Assembly (NCBI GenBank): GCA_965153355.1
Contig: OZ231126.1
Coordinates: 45,756,001 to 45,820,000 of the forward strand
Source of the DNA: Flaccisagitta enflata
Taxonomy: Eukaryota
Length of the DNA stretch: 64,000 nt
Direction: 5' to 3'
In this document: positions 61,554 to 64,000 of the stretch, piece by piece
Position numbering within the stretch: the stretch's first letter is position 1
Layout of the letters: every line of letters begins with the position of its first letter
The notes under the pieces: model-generated
Database searches by the model: none
Told to the model about the DNA's origin: nothing
Seen by the model: only the letters and a program-made list of their open reading frames with translations
Made by a program: the position numbers and the translations under genes

Positions 61554-63003
61554 CCGGTGAGGTGTGACGGGGTGTGACAAAACATGACGAAGTTGACGTG
61601 GATGACGGCAGACTGACAAAGGACGCCATGACTTGACACAAAGGATGCAGCCACTATGTCTCGCTCTCTTTGCGCTTTTTAACACGCTCTGTCTTTGTGT
61701 CTCTCTTTGTCTCTCTGTCACACAGTCTCTCTCTCTCTCTCTCTGACTTTACTATCGTTTATGTTCACTAAGTTGGGTCGGAACGCGCTGACAGTTATTG
61801 AAAGTAGGTTGAAACCAAGATAAAATTTTCTGTATGAGTTTCAAATTCAGTAGTTTTGTATGGGAGAATCAAAAGTGAACAAGACAAGAAAAAAGGATTC
61901 GTTTCACTTTTTTTTTCTTTCACGCATTCCGTTGACTCATTCATGAAAACAAATTTTTTGGGCCAAATTTTGGGTTTTTTGTTTCGGTTTTTCGTTTCTG
62001 CATTTCTTTTTTTGTTCTGTTTCGTTTCATTGATTTCGTGTCAAATCACGACTTTTGCTTCACGGATGAAAAAGTGACCTTGTCGCGCACCAACGCATAG
62101 CTGTTCAATCTCTCCAATGCAATCCCCCCCCCCACTCCGCATTAAAAAAAAGTGACCCCCAACCAAATGGAAAAAAGTCTCCTTCCTAATCACAATTGTT
62201 TTCACCGTACAAACTCTTTCCTTGTACTCGCTTTACCATCAGCCTGATGATTTATCAAGTTTCATTCACCCAGTTTAGATTAACTTTCTTACGTCACTTT
62301 TTTGAAATTTCTAGGTCAGATAACACTAACTCGGTCTTCTACGTCACTGCTCCTTTCCTCCCCCCCCCCCCCTCCCCCACTCCTATTTTATTCTATAGCG
62401 ATGTAGAATTCTACATCACTCGCTCGATGTAGAATTCTTCTTCGCTCGCCCGCTCTGCAACTGCATGAATTCCTCTTTCAACAGCTCACCCCCCCCCCCA
62501 TTTCTTTTCCCCCACTTTTTCCAATTCTACAAATGGAAGTGGATTTTATATGCGTGCATTCTGAGTCACTTTTCACGTGAGTTTTATCGTTTTGGCGCGT
62601 GAGATTCGTCGTCAAAAGTCACGACTGCGTCATCAAATGTATCAACCTTTGCGCCATTCTGCTTTCCCCTTTTAAGTCAATGGATTGCTTTTACTCTCTG
62701 TCTCTGTCTCTTTCTCTGTCTCTGTCTCTCTTTCACTTCCATGCTGCTCGCGCAATTTCTCGGTTATTCCAACGACCACATTTCAATTCACGTTAAGAAC
62801 TATTTCCCCTCCTCCCATTTTACTGCTTTTCTCCGTCTCTCTACACAAGACTTTCTCTTCCAAACCATGAAAAATATTGCTACCTGTGTTATGCCGGCTT
62901 CCCAGCTCCTGGTTGCTCTTGCCCTTCTCTACGCGGCTTTCCCTTTCTCTTTATATTATGCCGAGCAAGTTGTTTTTGTTTTTTGTTATCTGTGTTGTTG
63001 TTG

Positions 63004-63035
<32 letters not shown>

Positions 63036-64000
63036 TAAATTCCCTTCTTCAATGCCATCAAGTTGACTGTGCCATCAACTGATCAACTGACCACGTTGCA
63101 GAAGTTGCAATTCTTCCCAACTGGCAGAGCTCGTAAATTTTCAGGGAGACTCAATTGTTGTCTGCGCAGCGCACGGATTTTCGATACCTTGAGACTCATC
63201 TCTCTTTTATTCTCTCTCTCTCTCTCTCTCTCTCTATCTGCGTCTCTCACCGTTATCACAACTTGTCGTCGTGATCGGTTCTTCTATGGACTTGGTCTGA
63301 GCAACGGTGCTTCATGTCTTCTGTGTAGCTGTCGTCGTTCGTCATCCGCGCTCCGTCGACCGAGACCGACCCGTAGCAAGAAGGAAAGGGGGATTAGGTG
63401 GACGGGGGGATTTACGCTCAAGTAGGGAGGAGGCAAAGGCGAAGGCCAGGACATGAGAGGGGCATGGGGGGAATACCTGATGGCAATGTTTGGACGGGGA
63501 TGGTAAAATAGTTTACGACAGGAGATGCAAAGACTAAGGGGACGTTGGAAGAGCCTTGATAGTGAACTGATACAGATAGAGCTTAAGCTGGTAATTTTTG
63601 CTTGACTGCTTATTGTGGACCAGAGGTATCTATCCAGAGAGGTAAATGGTAAAACGAATATTTAGAAGCGTCAGAAGTGCAACGTTTTCTGGGCATGAAG
63701 ACTATTGCCAGTTTGACAGGACCTGCTCTGGCCTCTATTGATAGTGCGAGGAGAGTAAAGTTGCAATCTTTCTTTCACCCCAGATACCCCTGTCGCTGAC
63801 CCTCCCTTTTGTCATTTTCTAGCACTTCCTCCATCCACCTATGATACCCCCGATTCTTCCAACCCCTCCCTCTATTCCAATTTCTGGCAGGCCCCCCTGC
63901 CGACGTGGGCTGTCGCCGTAATTCACGGAACTGATTAGTCCTTCCTTCCCTTGATTGCGAGTTATGACGTCAGGCAACGTGGCGTTTTATGACGAAAGAA

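Noticed and set aside
63063-64000. Higher-complexity terminal region and 120-aa ORF as a possible exon or retroelement
   Set aside because: No recognisable domain or RT/endonuclease motif, and the ORF includes a CT tract.

Overview
This window is non-coding eukaryotic (animal-type) genomic DNA, most likely intronic or intergenic, from an extremely microsatellite-rich invertebrate genome. A crustacean-like source is an inference from the SSR load and the retained CpG. No credible protein-coding gene, RNA gene or CRISPR array is visible: the long ORFs in the track are translations of simple repeats, and the rest resemble no protein I recognise. The window holds dozens of (AG/CT)n tracts plus (GTT)n, (ATC)n, (TTTC)n, (CA)n, (AT)n, (ATTC)n and (GACT)n arrays. 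Between them lies a rich set of non-autonomous DNA transposons. These are: (1) a 1.45-kb foldback element with ~700-bp inverted arms and an exact 8-bp TSD (51719-53168); (2) two hAT-type elements with CAGG termini and exact 8-bp TSDs (22065-22371, 30191-31523); (3) about 8 short DINE-1/HINE-like (Helentron-associated) elements; (4) three larger Helentron-like elements with asymmetric ~60-bp inverted repeats and 20-21-bp minisatellite cargo, whose arms match within a copy but differ between copies; and (5) several nested insertions.
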